IMG/VR virus record: IMGVR_UViG_3300034104_003795
Location: 62,001 to 126,000 of that record
Strand: one strand, 5' to 3'
Length of the DNA: 64,000 bases
Positions 52,936 to 61,856 of the stretch are shown piece by piece (positions within the stretch are counted from its first letter, which is position 1; each line of letters starts with the position of its first letter). A program made the position numbers and the translations under genes. The notes beneath the pieces were generated by a model. The model worked only from the letters and a program-made list of their open reading frames with translations. It searched no databases and had not been told where the DNA came from.

Positions 52936-53705
52936 TTCTCGTCATTTCGTTTATAAGGGTCATCTGCAAATAGTTGTTCTATTCTAGATATACTAAAATT
53001 TCTTTCAGGTATAAATCCACTCGTCCATTCTTTTCTAAATAGATTTGCTTTAATTTTATAAGGATGAAGTAATTCAATATCTAAAATATTAAAATGCTCC
53101 ATCATTATAATTCTACCATCAACTTTCTCAAATCTAAATGGTTCTTTTGCATTTAAATATGATTTAGTAATTCTTTCTTCCGGCGCATGTGTGGTAACCC
53201 ATTTATGAAATTTACCATCCACTTTCCATTTAGAAATATTTACTTTACCAGTATCAAAATTATATTTAGTTTCACCAAACATAACTAACATATTTTCCAA
53301 AGTTCCCGCAACAATATGGTCTGATATGTGGTATTCCGCATATTCCCATGCTCTAAAAAATATAGGTGATGTGTGTATTTTGTGCGGTTCAACTAATATA
53401 GAATTTCTAATATATTGTAAATTGGAGTAATATTCATCTCCTCTTAATTTTATAACATATTTTGTTTCAACCCGTTTTAATGCAGTTAAAGTTGATATTA
53501 GTTGAAGGTTGAGATTTTGTGCACCAAAATCAAAAGGATATGGACTGAGTAATACGGTAAAGTTTTCAGGTAAATTTTTAAAATCTATTTCAGTATCTAC
53601 CCAAGTTGAAAGTATGACAGGACAATCTTTATAATTCTTTATCCAAAATTCATAACATTCAGGTAGTAATCTTCCTTGAATAATAACCGTAACATCTTCC
53701 ATCAC
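52932..53705 (-). CDS. WavE-like polysaccharide synthesis protein
   Basis: TVIIQG, LSTW, N...Q..ST, IKLRGDE, YHISDH; paralog of 19388-20104. Confidence 0.7.
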   Translation of the reverse strand: MMEDVTVIIQGRLLPECYEFWIKNYKDCPVILSTWVDTEIDFKNLPENFTVLLSPYPFDFGAQNLNLQLISTLTALKRVETKYVIKLRGDEYYSNLQYIRNSILVEPHKIHTSPIFFRAWEYAEYHISDHIVAGTLENMLVMFGETKYNFDTGKVNISKWKVDGKFHKWVTTHAPEERITKSYLNAKEPFRFEKVDGRIIMMEHFNILDIELLHPYKIKANLFRKEWTSGFIPERNFSISRIEQLFADDPYKRNDEK

Positions 53706-53722
53706 TATAACTATACATTATA

Positions 53723-54136
53723 TTATTTTCTCCATCCAATTTTTTCTCCAGCTTTTACTCTACGTTCATATTCTTCTTCCGAACCTGGATATCTCCACGC
53801 CCATACTAACCAAAATAACATAAACAATGCTATTCCAATAAGTGCAAATGGTTTGTGTGAAAGTGTGAATAATAGAATAGTGTAACTAACTATCATAGTG
53901 ATAGCCATTATCCATTTTACTTTTGTTGGATAAATACTTTTAGTTTCCCATCTTATTAAGTGTGGTGAAAATGTTGGATGTGTGTGTAGCCAATGATTTA
54001 ATGCCGGTGAGCTTTTAGCAAATGCCCACGCTGCTAGTACCACAAAGGTTGTCATAGGTATACCTGGTACAATAGCTCCTATGTACGCACAACCTACAAA
54101 AAGTAAGCCGAGCGCTCTCCATAACCATTTATTCAT
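53723..54136 (-). CDS. YbaN (DUF454) family membrane protein
   Basis: G...G.IGA.VPG.P.T.F..LA...FAKSSP....WL..HP.F. Confidence 0.85.
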   Translation of the reverse strand: MNKWLWRALGLLFVGCAYIGAIVPGIPMTTFVVLAAWAFAKSSPALNHWLHTHPTFSPHLIRWETKSIYPTKVKWIMAITMIVSYTILLFTLSHKPFALIGIALFMLFWLVWAWRYPGSEEEYERRVKAGEKIGWRK

Positions 54137-54318
54137 AACTCTATATTTTAATCCCAATCTTCCGAAAAACTCTTTTTACCTTTTACCGGTTTAGAATCTT
54201 TCTTCTTTGGTTTTAGTTTCTTAATCTTGCCTTTCTCTTTTATGTATAATTCTTCTTCATCGATTTCATTATACACAAACTTTTTCAGATAAGCCTTTTC
54301 GTTTTTCATAAACCCATT

Positions 54319-54444
54319 TTATCTACCCTGTCCTCTATATTTTTTAGGTGCTTGCGCTTTAGGACCATACGATTTCTTACCATTAGGATTGCTCTTTCTT
54401 TTACCAAAAGATACTTTGTTTGCCGAACCTACTGACTTTGCCAT
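54319..54444 (-). CDS. small basic peptide ending YRGQGR (41 aa)
   Basis: MAKSVGSANKVSFGKRKSNPNGKKSYGPKAQAPKKYRGQGR. Confidence 0.55.
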   Translation of the reverse strand: MAKSVGSANKVSFGKRKSNPNGKKSYGPKAQAPKKYRGQGR

Positions 54445-54480
54445 TTGTTGTTACATTTTTGTTGTAAATTGTAACGTAAC

Positions 54481-55272
54481 CTATTTAAAATGCTTCTTAA
54501 TTAATCTAGCTCCCAATATCCATTTTTTTCCTATTGGGTTTTCAATTGGTTTTCTTAAAAATGCATCCACTTGTTTTTGTACTGATTTAGAAACTGGTTG
54601 ATATTCCGTATTATCTACTATGATAAAATTGTTGTGGAATATTCCCTGAAACTTACCCATATTCTCTTGGCATTTAGACCATACTTCTCTTACCAATGAT
54701 TCAGGTAAACTTCTACTTCTTTCAGCATTTCTTTTAATCGCAACTTCCAACGAAGTGTTTACGAATACCATATAACAATCATATCCAAGCTTTTCAGCTC
54801 TGTCTTTTTTGTTACGGATTTTAAGAATTTCATCTCCTGTTCCGTCGATTATCATTCCCAATCTCCCTGCCTCGTAAAATGCTTGTTGTTTTTGTGTAAC
54901 GGCTTTAGCTTTGTTACGAATTGAATCACCTTCTTCTCCAGCTATATAAGCCCAGAAGTTAGGGTCATTCTTTTCTATATCCGCTAAATCTTTTGGATTA
55001 ATACCATTCTTTTTAAGAGCTTGTTCAAATGCAGTATCCGAACTGATGAGTTTTAACCCACCCGCCGATACGGTTTCAATATCACCCTTACCTACACCAA
55101 AGATTTCCTTTGCAGTATAGGATTTACCACTACCCGGTCCACCAGCCAAAAAGATGCATTTAAGAATACCAGGATCATCAACTCCTTCGGTGATTATTTC
55201 AGCGAATAGTTTGTTTCTGATTTCCTTAATCTCTTTTTGGATAGTAGATAGTTCGGATATAAGGTTCTTCAT
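54481..55272 (-). CDS. zeta-toxin-like P-loop kinase
   Basis: FLAGGPGSGKS, IIDGTG, GY...MVFV.T....A..RN..R.R. Confidence 0.8.
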   Translation of the reverse strand: MKNLISELSTIQKEIKEIRNKLFAEIITEGVDDPGILKCIFLAGGPGSGKSYTAKEIFGVGKGDIETVSAGGLKLISSDTAFEQALKKNGINPKDLADIEKNDPNFWAYIAGEEGDSIRNKAKAVTQKQQAFYEAGRLGMIIDGTGDEILKIRNKKDRAEKLGYDCYMVFVNTSLEVAIKRNAERSRSLPESLVREVWSKCQENMGKFQGIFHNNFIIVDNTEYQPVSKSVQKQVDAFLRKPIENPIGKKWILGARLIKKHFK

Positions 55273-55275
55273 TGA

Positions 55276-55533
55276 TTACTTAATCTTCTTAGCTGCTGGT
55301 TTCTTAGCTGCTGGCTTTTTCTTTTCAACAACAACAGTTTTAGCAACTTTTTTAGCTTTATCAGCTACTTTCTTTACTTTAACTGCAACTTCCTTTACTT
55401 CTTCGATTTTTTCTTCGATAACGTCAGGAATGTTATTGTTGTTCTTATCTTCAATCTTACCAGATTTCATACCAAAGTATGCAAATGTTCCACCGATTGC
55501 TAGAACTGCCACAATAATTAAAAATGTAGTCAT
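55276..55533 (-). CDS. membrane-anchored protein with Lys/Ala-rich tail
   Basis: TM helix, DKNNNNIPD, KKPAAKKPAAKK. Confidence 0.7.
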   Translation of the reverse strand: MTTFLIIVAVLAIGGTFAYFGMKSGKIEDKNNNNIPDVIEEKIEEVKEVAVKVKKVADKAKKVAKTVVVEKKKPAAKKPAAKKIK

Positions 55534-55586
55534 AATTTTTGTTTTAAGGTTTATGTATAAATATATAGTTTTTTTGTAAACAAACG

Positions 55587-55844
55587 TTAATCTTCACCAT
55601 ATAAAGAGTATTTTGTAATAGGTTTTTCTACCTTTACTTCCTCTTTATAGATTACTTCTACCGTCCCTTTACGAGCTGATAGGAAGAATTCGGTTTGTCC
55701 AGTTTGTTGGAAATGATACTCCAACCCATCGGTTAGAGATTCCAAAATTGTAGAAGGAGAATCCACTGGTTGCCATCTGTCACCCGGTGGAACTCTCTTT
55801 AATACAACTTCTTTAATTTCTTCTATTTTAGTTTCAAATGCCAT
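55587..55844 (-). CDS. conserved phage hypothetical protein
   Basis: KRVPPGDRW..LTD.LE pattern. Confidence 0.7.
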   Translation of the reverse strand: MAFETKIEEIKEVVLKRVPPGDRWQPVDSPSTILESLTDGLEYHFQQTGQTEFFLSARKGTVEVIYKEEVKVEKPITKYSLYGED

Positions 55845-56065
55845 TACTTGATAACTTGTAAAATTTTAGATTCTTTTGCAGATGTTACTTCGTAATCCAA
55901 TTGGATACCAGCATCTTCAAATTCTTTAACCACTCTAGCTTCTGCTTCAGTAACTGTCATAGCATCTACTAAATAGTTTTCCTTTACTTTCTTAATTTTT
56001 GTACCACCTTTGCCACCGTCTACTTCGTGTTGTACGGTCACTGTAACTTCAAAATACTTTGCCAT
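55844..56065 (-). CDS. DUF4494-like protein
   Basis: KKVKENYLVDAMTVTEAEARV..ESKI. Confidence 0.75.
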   Translation of the reverse strand: MAKYFEVTVTVQHEVDGGKGGTKIKKVKENYLVDAMTVTEAEARVVKEFEDAGIQLDYEVTSAKESKILQVIK

Positions 56066-56090
56066 AATTTATGTTTTTAATGTTTAATTA

Positions 56091-56122
56091 CAAATATACG
56101 ATATTTTATTGAATCTACCAAA
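56091..56122 (-). promoter_or_regulatory. Bacteroidota-type promoter
   Basis: TTTG-N20-TATATTTG. Confidence 0.8.
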
Positions 56123-56686
56123 TTAATATTCATATTCTTTTTTAGGACCTGATAGGTTTCCGTTAATTAGGAACGAACAATTGAAGCATAACATCCTTAA
56201 ATTATCGTATTTATGGTTCTTTTTATCACCATCTATAAAATCAAGTACCAATGGAACTCTATGGTCAGTAATCCGTCTTTCTTCAAACCCACAATTACAG
56301 CATTTTTCTTCCATATACCCACTAAGCAATAATCTTCTTTTTAATTTCCATACTGGGTATTTTGGGTATTTTCCAGCAATAATATCATCCAACGAATGAT
56401 ACCCATGCACACTTTGAGAACCCTTACGAATTCCTATGCCATGTGGATTTTTCAAATCCTCAAATACTTTATATTCTTTTGCGTATTTTTTATAGGTATT
56501 GTAAGATACCCCTAATAATTTTGCAGCTTCGGCTGCTGAACGTGCTTTCTTTTGTATATCCCTAATTTCAGACTCTAACAATGGTCTTGCACCTAATCCT
56601 CTCTTTGTTCTTCTTTGGGGAGCTAATGATAAATCCTTTGTAGGGTCAAAGTTTGTAAACTCCTTAAATTCTTTTTGTTCTTCCAT
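56123..56686 (-). CDS. HTH plus degenerate HNH/Zn-finger protein
   Basis: AAKLLGVSYNTY HTH; CCNC..LDFIDGD..N....NLRMLCFNC. Confidence 0.7.
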   Translation of the reverse strand: MEEQKEFKEFTNFDPTKDLSLAPQRRTKRGLGARPLLESEIRDIQKKARSAAEAAKLLGVSYNTYKKYAKEYKVFEDLKNPHGIGIRKGSQSVHGYHSLDDIIAGKYPKYPVWKLKRRLLLSGYMEEKCCNCGFEERRITDHRVPLVLDFIDGDKKNHKYDNLRMLCFNCSFLINGNLSGPKKEYEY

Positions 56687-56734
56687 AACAATTTTGATAT
56701 ACTAATTTAATTTCTTTATATAAGTATATCAATT

Positions 56735-56944
56735 TTATTTTTTCAGACCGTATTTTATCCATTTATACCAAATTCTTTCATGGATGTAATACTGAATAGG
56801 TTTGTAAATCAATTCTGCTACCCCAAATGCGGCGCCAATTTTAATTGAACCACTTACCCACCACATTATAATAAACCCAATTAAAGTACTTAAAATACGA
56901 TATGAGATGGTTTTAGCTATGTGTCTCTTTCGCTGTACTATCAT
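56735..56944 (-). CDS. DUF2061 membrane protein
   Basis: RHIAKTISYR..Y..HERIW. Confidence 0.85.
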   Translation of the reverse strand: MIVQRKRHIAKTISYRILSTLIGFIIMWWVSGSIKIGAAFGVAELIYKPIQYYIHERIWYKWIKYGLKK

Positions 56945-57320
56945 TTTTATCTACGTTGTAAACAATTATATCGCCATTTGTATCTATATAGCCTTGTCTA
57001 ATACCTGTACCACTTATAGCTTCAATATCAGTTGGTGGTTGGTGATATATAACTTCATACCCTACACCTCTACCATAGTTTACACTTTCAATATCAGGAA
57101 TAATACTGATTAGGATTCTATCTATGTTTTCTTGAAAGAATGGTTCTTCCATTAAATCCATCATAACTCTATGGGCTGATTTTGGATTTTTCTCATCGGT
57201 TTCAACATCTCTAATTGCTACCCAAACATTTTTACCCTTTGTTAATTGTTGATTAATTAACCACTCATGTCCTTTATGCCATGTCTGCCATCTTCCGATG
57301 AATAATGCATATTTTTTCAT
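56913..57320 (-). CDS. cytidyl/adenylyltransferase-like protein
   Basis: FIGRWQTWHKGH (HxGH), PDIESVNYGR.VGY, ISGT.IR. Confidence 0.8.
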   Translation of the reverse strand: MKKYALFIGRWQTWHKGHEWLINQQLTKGKNVWVAIRDVETDEKNPKSAHRVMMDLMEEPFFQENIDRILISIIPDIESVNYGRGVGYEVIYHQPPTDIEAISGTGIRQGYIDTNGDIIVYNVDKNDSTAKETHS

Positions 57321-57322
57321 AA

Positions 57323-57622
57323 CTACTTATTTGAATTATTTTGTTCTTGTTCTAATTTTTTCGCTCTTTCGTATTGGTATCTAGCTTGAAAATACTCATT
57401 ATCTATACGATTCCATTTTCCAGCTGGACATGCACCATTTACGGGTGAATATATTTTTCCTTTTAAAGCACATCCACATAATCCACAGTGAATTACAGGT
57501 GAAGTTTTTTTATTCTCACACCCATCACATACTTCCATTCTTTTAGCAGCTAAATCAACTTGTTTATCATCTGGGTTAAAAGCAATACCCCACGCTTTAA
57601 ATATTTCAACTATTTTATTCAT
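57323..57622 (-). CDS. Cys-rich hypothetical protein (DUF6171-like)
   Basis: R...CDGC..C..CGC.L..K..CP..KW. Confidence 0.7.
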   Translation of the reverse strand: MNKIVEIFKAWGIAFNPDDKQVDLAAKRMEVCDGCENKKTSPVIHCGLCGCALKGKIYSPVNGACPAGKWNRIDNEYFQARYQYERAKKLEQEQNNSNK

Positions 57623-57623
57623 A

Positions 57624-58094
57624 TTATAACTTATTTGTATCTTTCAAAAAATGTATTAATTTGGTGAAAGATTGTATTGGAGTTTCCGATGTAGTATTCA
57701 TATCAAAAAAATTCACTTCAGGTGCTTCATACTCCTGTACTTTGAATTCTTCTCTACCTCTTTTACGAGTTGTGTGTACATATATTTCAACAATATTCTC
57801 TCCACATTCAGTTTTAAATTCTTCTCTTAATTCCTTGTACGGCGATACCAATGATACAACAACATCACATCCTTTTGCATTTAAGAAAAAAGCAATTAAT
57901 TGTGCGTTCTTTATATTTTGCACTCTACCTGTTTCTGAATAATCTTTGTTAAGTGTCAATTCTCTCAAATCATCACCGTCAATGTGAAATACGTCTTTTC
58001 TCCAATTACGTTTTTCAGTTTGAAGAAATTCTCTAAGTTTTGTAGCCTGAATAGTTTTTCCGGCACCCGGTTGTCCTGTAAACCAATATATCAT
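57624..58094 (-). CDS. cysC: adenylyl-sulfate (APS) kinase-like protein
   Basis: WFTGQPGAGKT, DGD.LR, R..N, SLVSPY, YEAP. Confidence 0.82.
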   Translation of the reverse strand: MIYWFTGQPGAGKTIQATKLREFLQTEKRNWRKDVFHIDGDDLRELTLNKDYSETGRVQNIKNAQLIAFFLNAKGCDVVVSLVSPYKELREEFKTECGENIVEIYVHTTRKRGREEFKVQEYEAPEVNFFDMNTTSETPIQSFTKLIHFLKDTNKL

Positions 58095-58122
58095 AACTTC
58101 CTTTTAGAAATAAGTATATTGA

Positions 58123-58389
58123 TTAAAAATTATTTGATTTTTTTGTCTTTCCGCTTAATGCAGATGATGGCAAAATTCCAGCAGCTATTTTATCCAATAT
58201 AACATCTCTCTGGCTCCTTCTAATAGCTTTTTGCTTTTGTTCCCTTTTTTCAGTTGTAGGTTTTGTGTATTCTTTTCGGTCTCTCAATTCCATAATGTGA
58301 CCGGATTTGATTACCTTTCTTTTGAATTCCTTTAGAGCCTTATTGATATCCTGTTTTGTACAGTCTACTATAACGATTGATACACCCAT
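58123..58389 (-). CDS. rpsU: ribosomal protein bS21
   Basis: INKALKEFKRKVIKSGHIMELRDRKEYTKPTTEKR. Confidence 0.88.
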   Translation of the reverse strand: MGVSIVIVDCTKQDINKALKEFKRKVIKSGHIMELRDRKEYTKPTTEKREQKQKAIRRSQRDVILDKIAAGILPSSALSGKTKKSNNF

Positions 58390-58390
58390 A

Positions 58391-59131
58391 TTATGAATTT
58401 TTTAGTTGTTGTAATGCGTCTTTATACAATAAACTATCTTTACTATGTGAAAGTGCAGAAGCTAATTTTATTTTTTTGTTTGTTGAGGGATTAAGTATAG
58501 TTTTATTTAAGATATTTTTTTTTTCTTCAGGTGATTTTTTAAAAAAATCATGCCAAATTTTAGATGAATATCCGTATTCTTTAATTGGATTTATAGACTC
58601 GTTTGTTTTAATATGTTGTATTTTTTGTTTTACATTTGGATATGCTTTAAGTCTTTTTCTAACCGCTTCTACATTTTTAAGAGAATCATCTACAAAGAAT
58701 ACATCATCGTATCCTTCATCTTTTACTTTTGCTTCTATCCAATCTGCTTTCTTTTCTGGGTTAGCATCACCCAATGCAACTACATACAAATTACGAATTC
58801 CCAAATCTTTGATAAATTTATGAATTGGTTTATATGCAGAACGTGCAGTTAAAATATAAATTGTTCTACCACTATTAGATGCTGACATTCTTTTCAGTAA
58901 TTCAACATATCCTTTGATTAATTTAGGTTGATTTATTTTTTGAAAATCAGAATAATCAAAAACATCACCAGGTTTTTCAGTATAAACCGCATATTCACCG
59001 GGAGTTAGTGTTGATTTTTTTCCGTCTTTATGAGTTACATATATAAAAGAAGTTGTTTTGACAAGTGTATCGTCAAAATCAAATACTCTTAATTTTTTAT
59101 TTTCCATAAATAATGTTCTTGATATTGGCAT
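58391..59131 (-). CDS. HAD-superfamily phosphatase (RNA-repair/PNKP-like)
   Basis: FDFDDTL, ILTARS, K, FVDDS.KN; C-terminal LNPSTNKKIKLASAL module. Confidence 0.75.
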   Translation of the reverse strand: MPISRTLFMENKKLRVFDFDDTLVKTTSFIYVTHKDGKKSTLTPGEYAVYTEKPGDVFDYSDFQKINQPKLIKGYVELLKRMSASNSGRTIYILTARSAYKPIHKFIKDLGIRNLYVVALGDANPEKKADWIEAKVKDEGYDDVFFVDDSLKNVEAVRKRLKAYPNVKQKIQHIKTNESINPIKEYGYSSKIWHDFFKKSPEEKKNILNKTILNPSTNKKIKLASALSHSKDSLLYKDALQQLKNS

Positions 59132-59445
59132 TATCCGTTAAGTTGTCTTTTAGCCTTTGGAAGTGCTTTTTCCAATTTATCGTTTTCTCTAGTTAGATAC
59201 TCAACTTTTACAGTCAATTCTGCAACTTTTGCTGTCATATCTATAATCATCTTACGCATTTCATCTTTCTCCTTTGATGATGCTACTAAAAGGGCTTCTA
59301 ATTTAGAAATTCTATCTCTACAATCGTGTCTGATAAATTCCTCATCTCTTTCTTTTCTGATTGATTTCTTCTCATAGAAACGAAATGCTGCTGCACTACC
59401 CAATACCGTAATGGCCGTAATAAGTACTGAATATATATTTTCCAT
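59131..59445 (-). CDS. membrane-anchored coiled-coil protein
   Basis: TM helix then leucine-heptad coiled coil. Confidence 0.65.
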   Translation of the reverse strand: MENIYSVLITAITVLGSAAAFRFYEKKSIRKERDEEFIRHDCRDRISKLEALLVASSKEKDEMRKMIIDMTAKVAELTVKVEYLTRENDKLEKALPKAKRQLNG

Positions 59446-59446
59446 A

Positions 59447-59776
59447 TTAGATTTCTTTTTGTGGTTCTTCTTCGGTTTGAGGTAACGCTGCTGCAACTCT
59501 TTCATTTCCCTTCTTATCAAAGTATTCTTTTACATACTTCAATTTCTTTTCCACATCAAGTATTTCATGATAGTCCATATCCATAAGGTCATTTAGAATC
59601 ATACCTCTATTTGCATTTTTATTAGCGGATACTACAATTGCCACTTGCTTTTTTGTTGAAGGAGTACCTTTATCATAATATTTCATAATAGCTTTAAGAT
59701 GCATATCATTCTTACCCATCTCCTTTATGAAATTTTCTCTTACGATTTTTCTAATTGTATCTTTAATGTTTGCCAT
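59447..59776 (-). CDS. hypothetical protein (possible internal head protein)
   Basis: N-terminal IRKIVRE..KE leader. Confidence 0.6.
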   Translation of the reverse strand: MANIKDTIRKIVRENFIKEMGKNDMHLKAIMKYYDKGTPSTKKQVAIVVSANKNANRGMILNDLMDMDYHEILDVEKKLKYVKEYFDKKGNERVAAALPQTEEEPQKEI

Positions 59777-59817
59777 TTTTACCTAAAATTATAGATATAA
59801 ATATACTTTTTAAAGAA

Positions 59818-60696
59818 TTACCCTAAATTCAATATCCTTTTTGCAAATACTAACAACTCGTCTCTACCTAGAGCAAACGCCTTATCATAAAACTCTTTCT
59901 TCTTATCAATTCTTACAATCTTGTCTATAAAAGAAGGTTTATTATTAATATAGTCTTCGGTTATGTATATACCATCAAGAAGAACCTGAACTATCTCATG
60001 CCCATATTTACGTGCAACATCAGTACAATTCATAGCGTATGTATCTTCTGGACCATAACCACCAAATGAATCAGGAATTCCTGTGAAATTCCAAAAACTT
60101 CTTGAATATAAAGTATGCATACCACATCCAAATTTTGCAGATGGAACAATTCTAACCGATATATCACTTACATCCTGTGTATATGCATTTTTTACAGCAT
60201 CTTCACTATGTGCATATCCTAATCCTGTATTTAATAAATTTTTATGCACAATTACATCCCAACTATCATCCCACCAACGAGGAATGGATGGTGATACTAT
60301 ATACATATTATTTAACTGATATGATAAATTTAATTGGTGTTTCAATAAATGTTCATGTAAAAGTATATCCGCATCGCAGAATATAAATTGGTCATAATAT
60401 AATTTGATACTTTCTCTTTTTTGTTGAGTAGTTCCCCACAATGAATTATCGGTGATTATTTCATTTATATTTTTTATACCATCAAATAGTGTATTAAATT
60501 TTTCAATAAAATAATCTTGTTTTAATTCACTAGCTTCCCAATCAGTTAATTCTGGATTTAAATTAAGACTAACTTTCATTGTAAAGTTGTCATTTGCATC
60601 TAAATAAGAAAGAGCCTTACGATATTGTACCATAAACCTTTCAAGCATTTCAATTTCATGTGGCATCACATGCATACAAAATAAAGTAGTCTTCAT
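59818..60696 (-). CDS. putative glycosyltransferase
   Basis: FCDAD (DxD), FGGYGPED. Confidence 0.65.
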   Translation of the reverse strand: MKTTLFCMHVMPHEIEMLERFMVQYRKALSYLDANDNFTMKVSLNLNPELTDWEASELKQDYFIEKFNTLFDGIKNINEIITDNSLWGTTQQKRESIKLYYDQFIFCDADILLHEHLLKHQLNLSYQLNNMYIVSPSIPRWWDDSWDVIVHKNLLNTGLGYAHSEDAVKNAYTQDVSDISVRIVPSAKFGCGMHTLYSRSFWNFTGIPDSFGGYGPEDTYAMNCTDVARKYGHEIVQVLLDGIYITEDYINNKPSFIDKIVRIDKKKEFYDKAFALGRDELLVFAKRILNLG

Positions 60697-61856
60697 TAGA
60701 TATTATATTTTATTAGTTCGGTTTCCATATGATAAATTCTATTTACTTTAAATTTGAAAATACCAAACTGATATTCTCCTTTTTCTAATTGATTATCATC
60801 TAAAATTAAACTCAAATCAACTATAAAATTTATTGCTTCTTGTGTAATTTGATTTATATCAAATTCAATTTCAATATCACTTTCAGTTGCGTTATTTATT
60901 TTATCAATCAATGGTACAATACATCCATCTTGTTGTTTTGAGATGAACTCATTTATTTTTTCTTGCGATAAATCTGTTTTGATATTTGAACACCAAGGTT
61001 CTAAAAAATCCAATGCTTCTATTTTTGTGTTTTTTATGTTAAAACATATATCGTATTTATGTGGTATAATCGGATGTTGGTATTCATCGTTTTTAACAAA
61101 ATGTCCCCATTTTCTAATATAGTTTTTAAATGCACTATTTTTCATTTTATGAAATGCTTCATCTTTGGTTACCTGTTCAATTCCATCTTGAAATTGTCCA
61201 CCTCTACATGTCAAATGATATACCAATGCTTCCCACGTTTGAATTATCTCATAACCATTTAAAATAAAACGATTAAATATATCAGAATCTTCGTGATAAG
61301 AATGAAATCTCTCATCATGCATACCAATTGAGGTAATATCTTCTTTATATATTGCCCAAGGTGCAAATATTCCTTTAGTTGTTTTTCCTTCATACACATA
61401 TCTCATCTCATAAACAAACTTATCAAATTCTGCTTTTTTGAAATCTTCTGGATACATACCAAAATCTTCTACAATCTTTTCTAATCCCTTTGGATGTAGT
61501 GGTGGTTCTATACGAGTACCACTAACTACCGAAAGTGGTTTTAGATGTTTTAATATAGCATCATCAAACCACTGCCCCATGTACATATCGGCATGAAACA
61601 TACATACTATTGGTGTAGTTGCTGCTTCAATACATCTATTGTATCCATACGCAATTCCCTTCGGTGTATCGGTATCATTAACCAAATACTTTATACGATT
61701 TTCATCTAACCATTCTTTTGTACCATCGTTATCCGCATCCACATATACTATAATTTCGTTTTGATGTAAACTATTTGCTTTAATAGATTGAATACTATTT
61801 TTAAGATAACGAAGATTGTTTTTAGATGGTATGCAAAATGTAATTTTTCTATTCAT
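60696..61856 (-). CDS. glycosyltransferase family 2 protein
   Basis: ITFCIP, DADNDGT, G....YN, HADM, DERF..EDSD, YH...RG. Confidence 0.85.
   Translation of the reverse strand: MNRKITFCIPSKNNLRYLKNSIQSIKANSLHQNEIIVYVDADNDGTKEWLDENRIKYLVNDTDTPKGIAYGYNRCIEAATTPIVCMFHADMYMGQWFDDAILKHLKPLSVVSGTRIEPPLHPKGLEKIVEDFGMYPEDFKKAEFDKFVYEMRYVYEGKTTKGIFAPWAIYKEDITSIGMHDERFHSYHEDSDIFNRFILNGYEIIQTWEALVYHLTCRGGQFQDGIEQVTKDEAFHKMKNSAFKNYIRKWGHFVKNDEYQHPIIPHKYDICFNIKNTKIEALDFLEPWCSNIKTDLSQEKINEFISKQQDGCIVPLIDKINNATESDIEIEFDINQITQEAINFIVDLSLILDDNQLEKGEYQFGIFKFKVNRIYHMETELIKYNI

Noticed and set aside
54481-55272. Epsilon/zeta toxin-antitoxin module
   Set aside because: No antitoxin-like partner is adjacent, and stand-alone zeta-like kinases are common in large phages.
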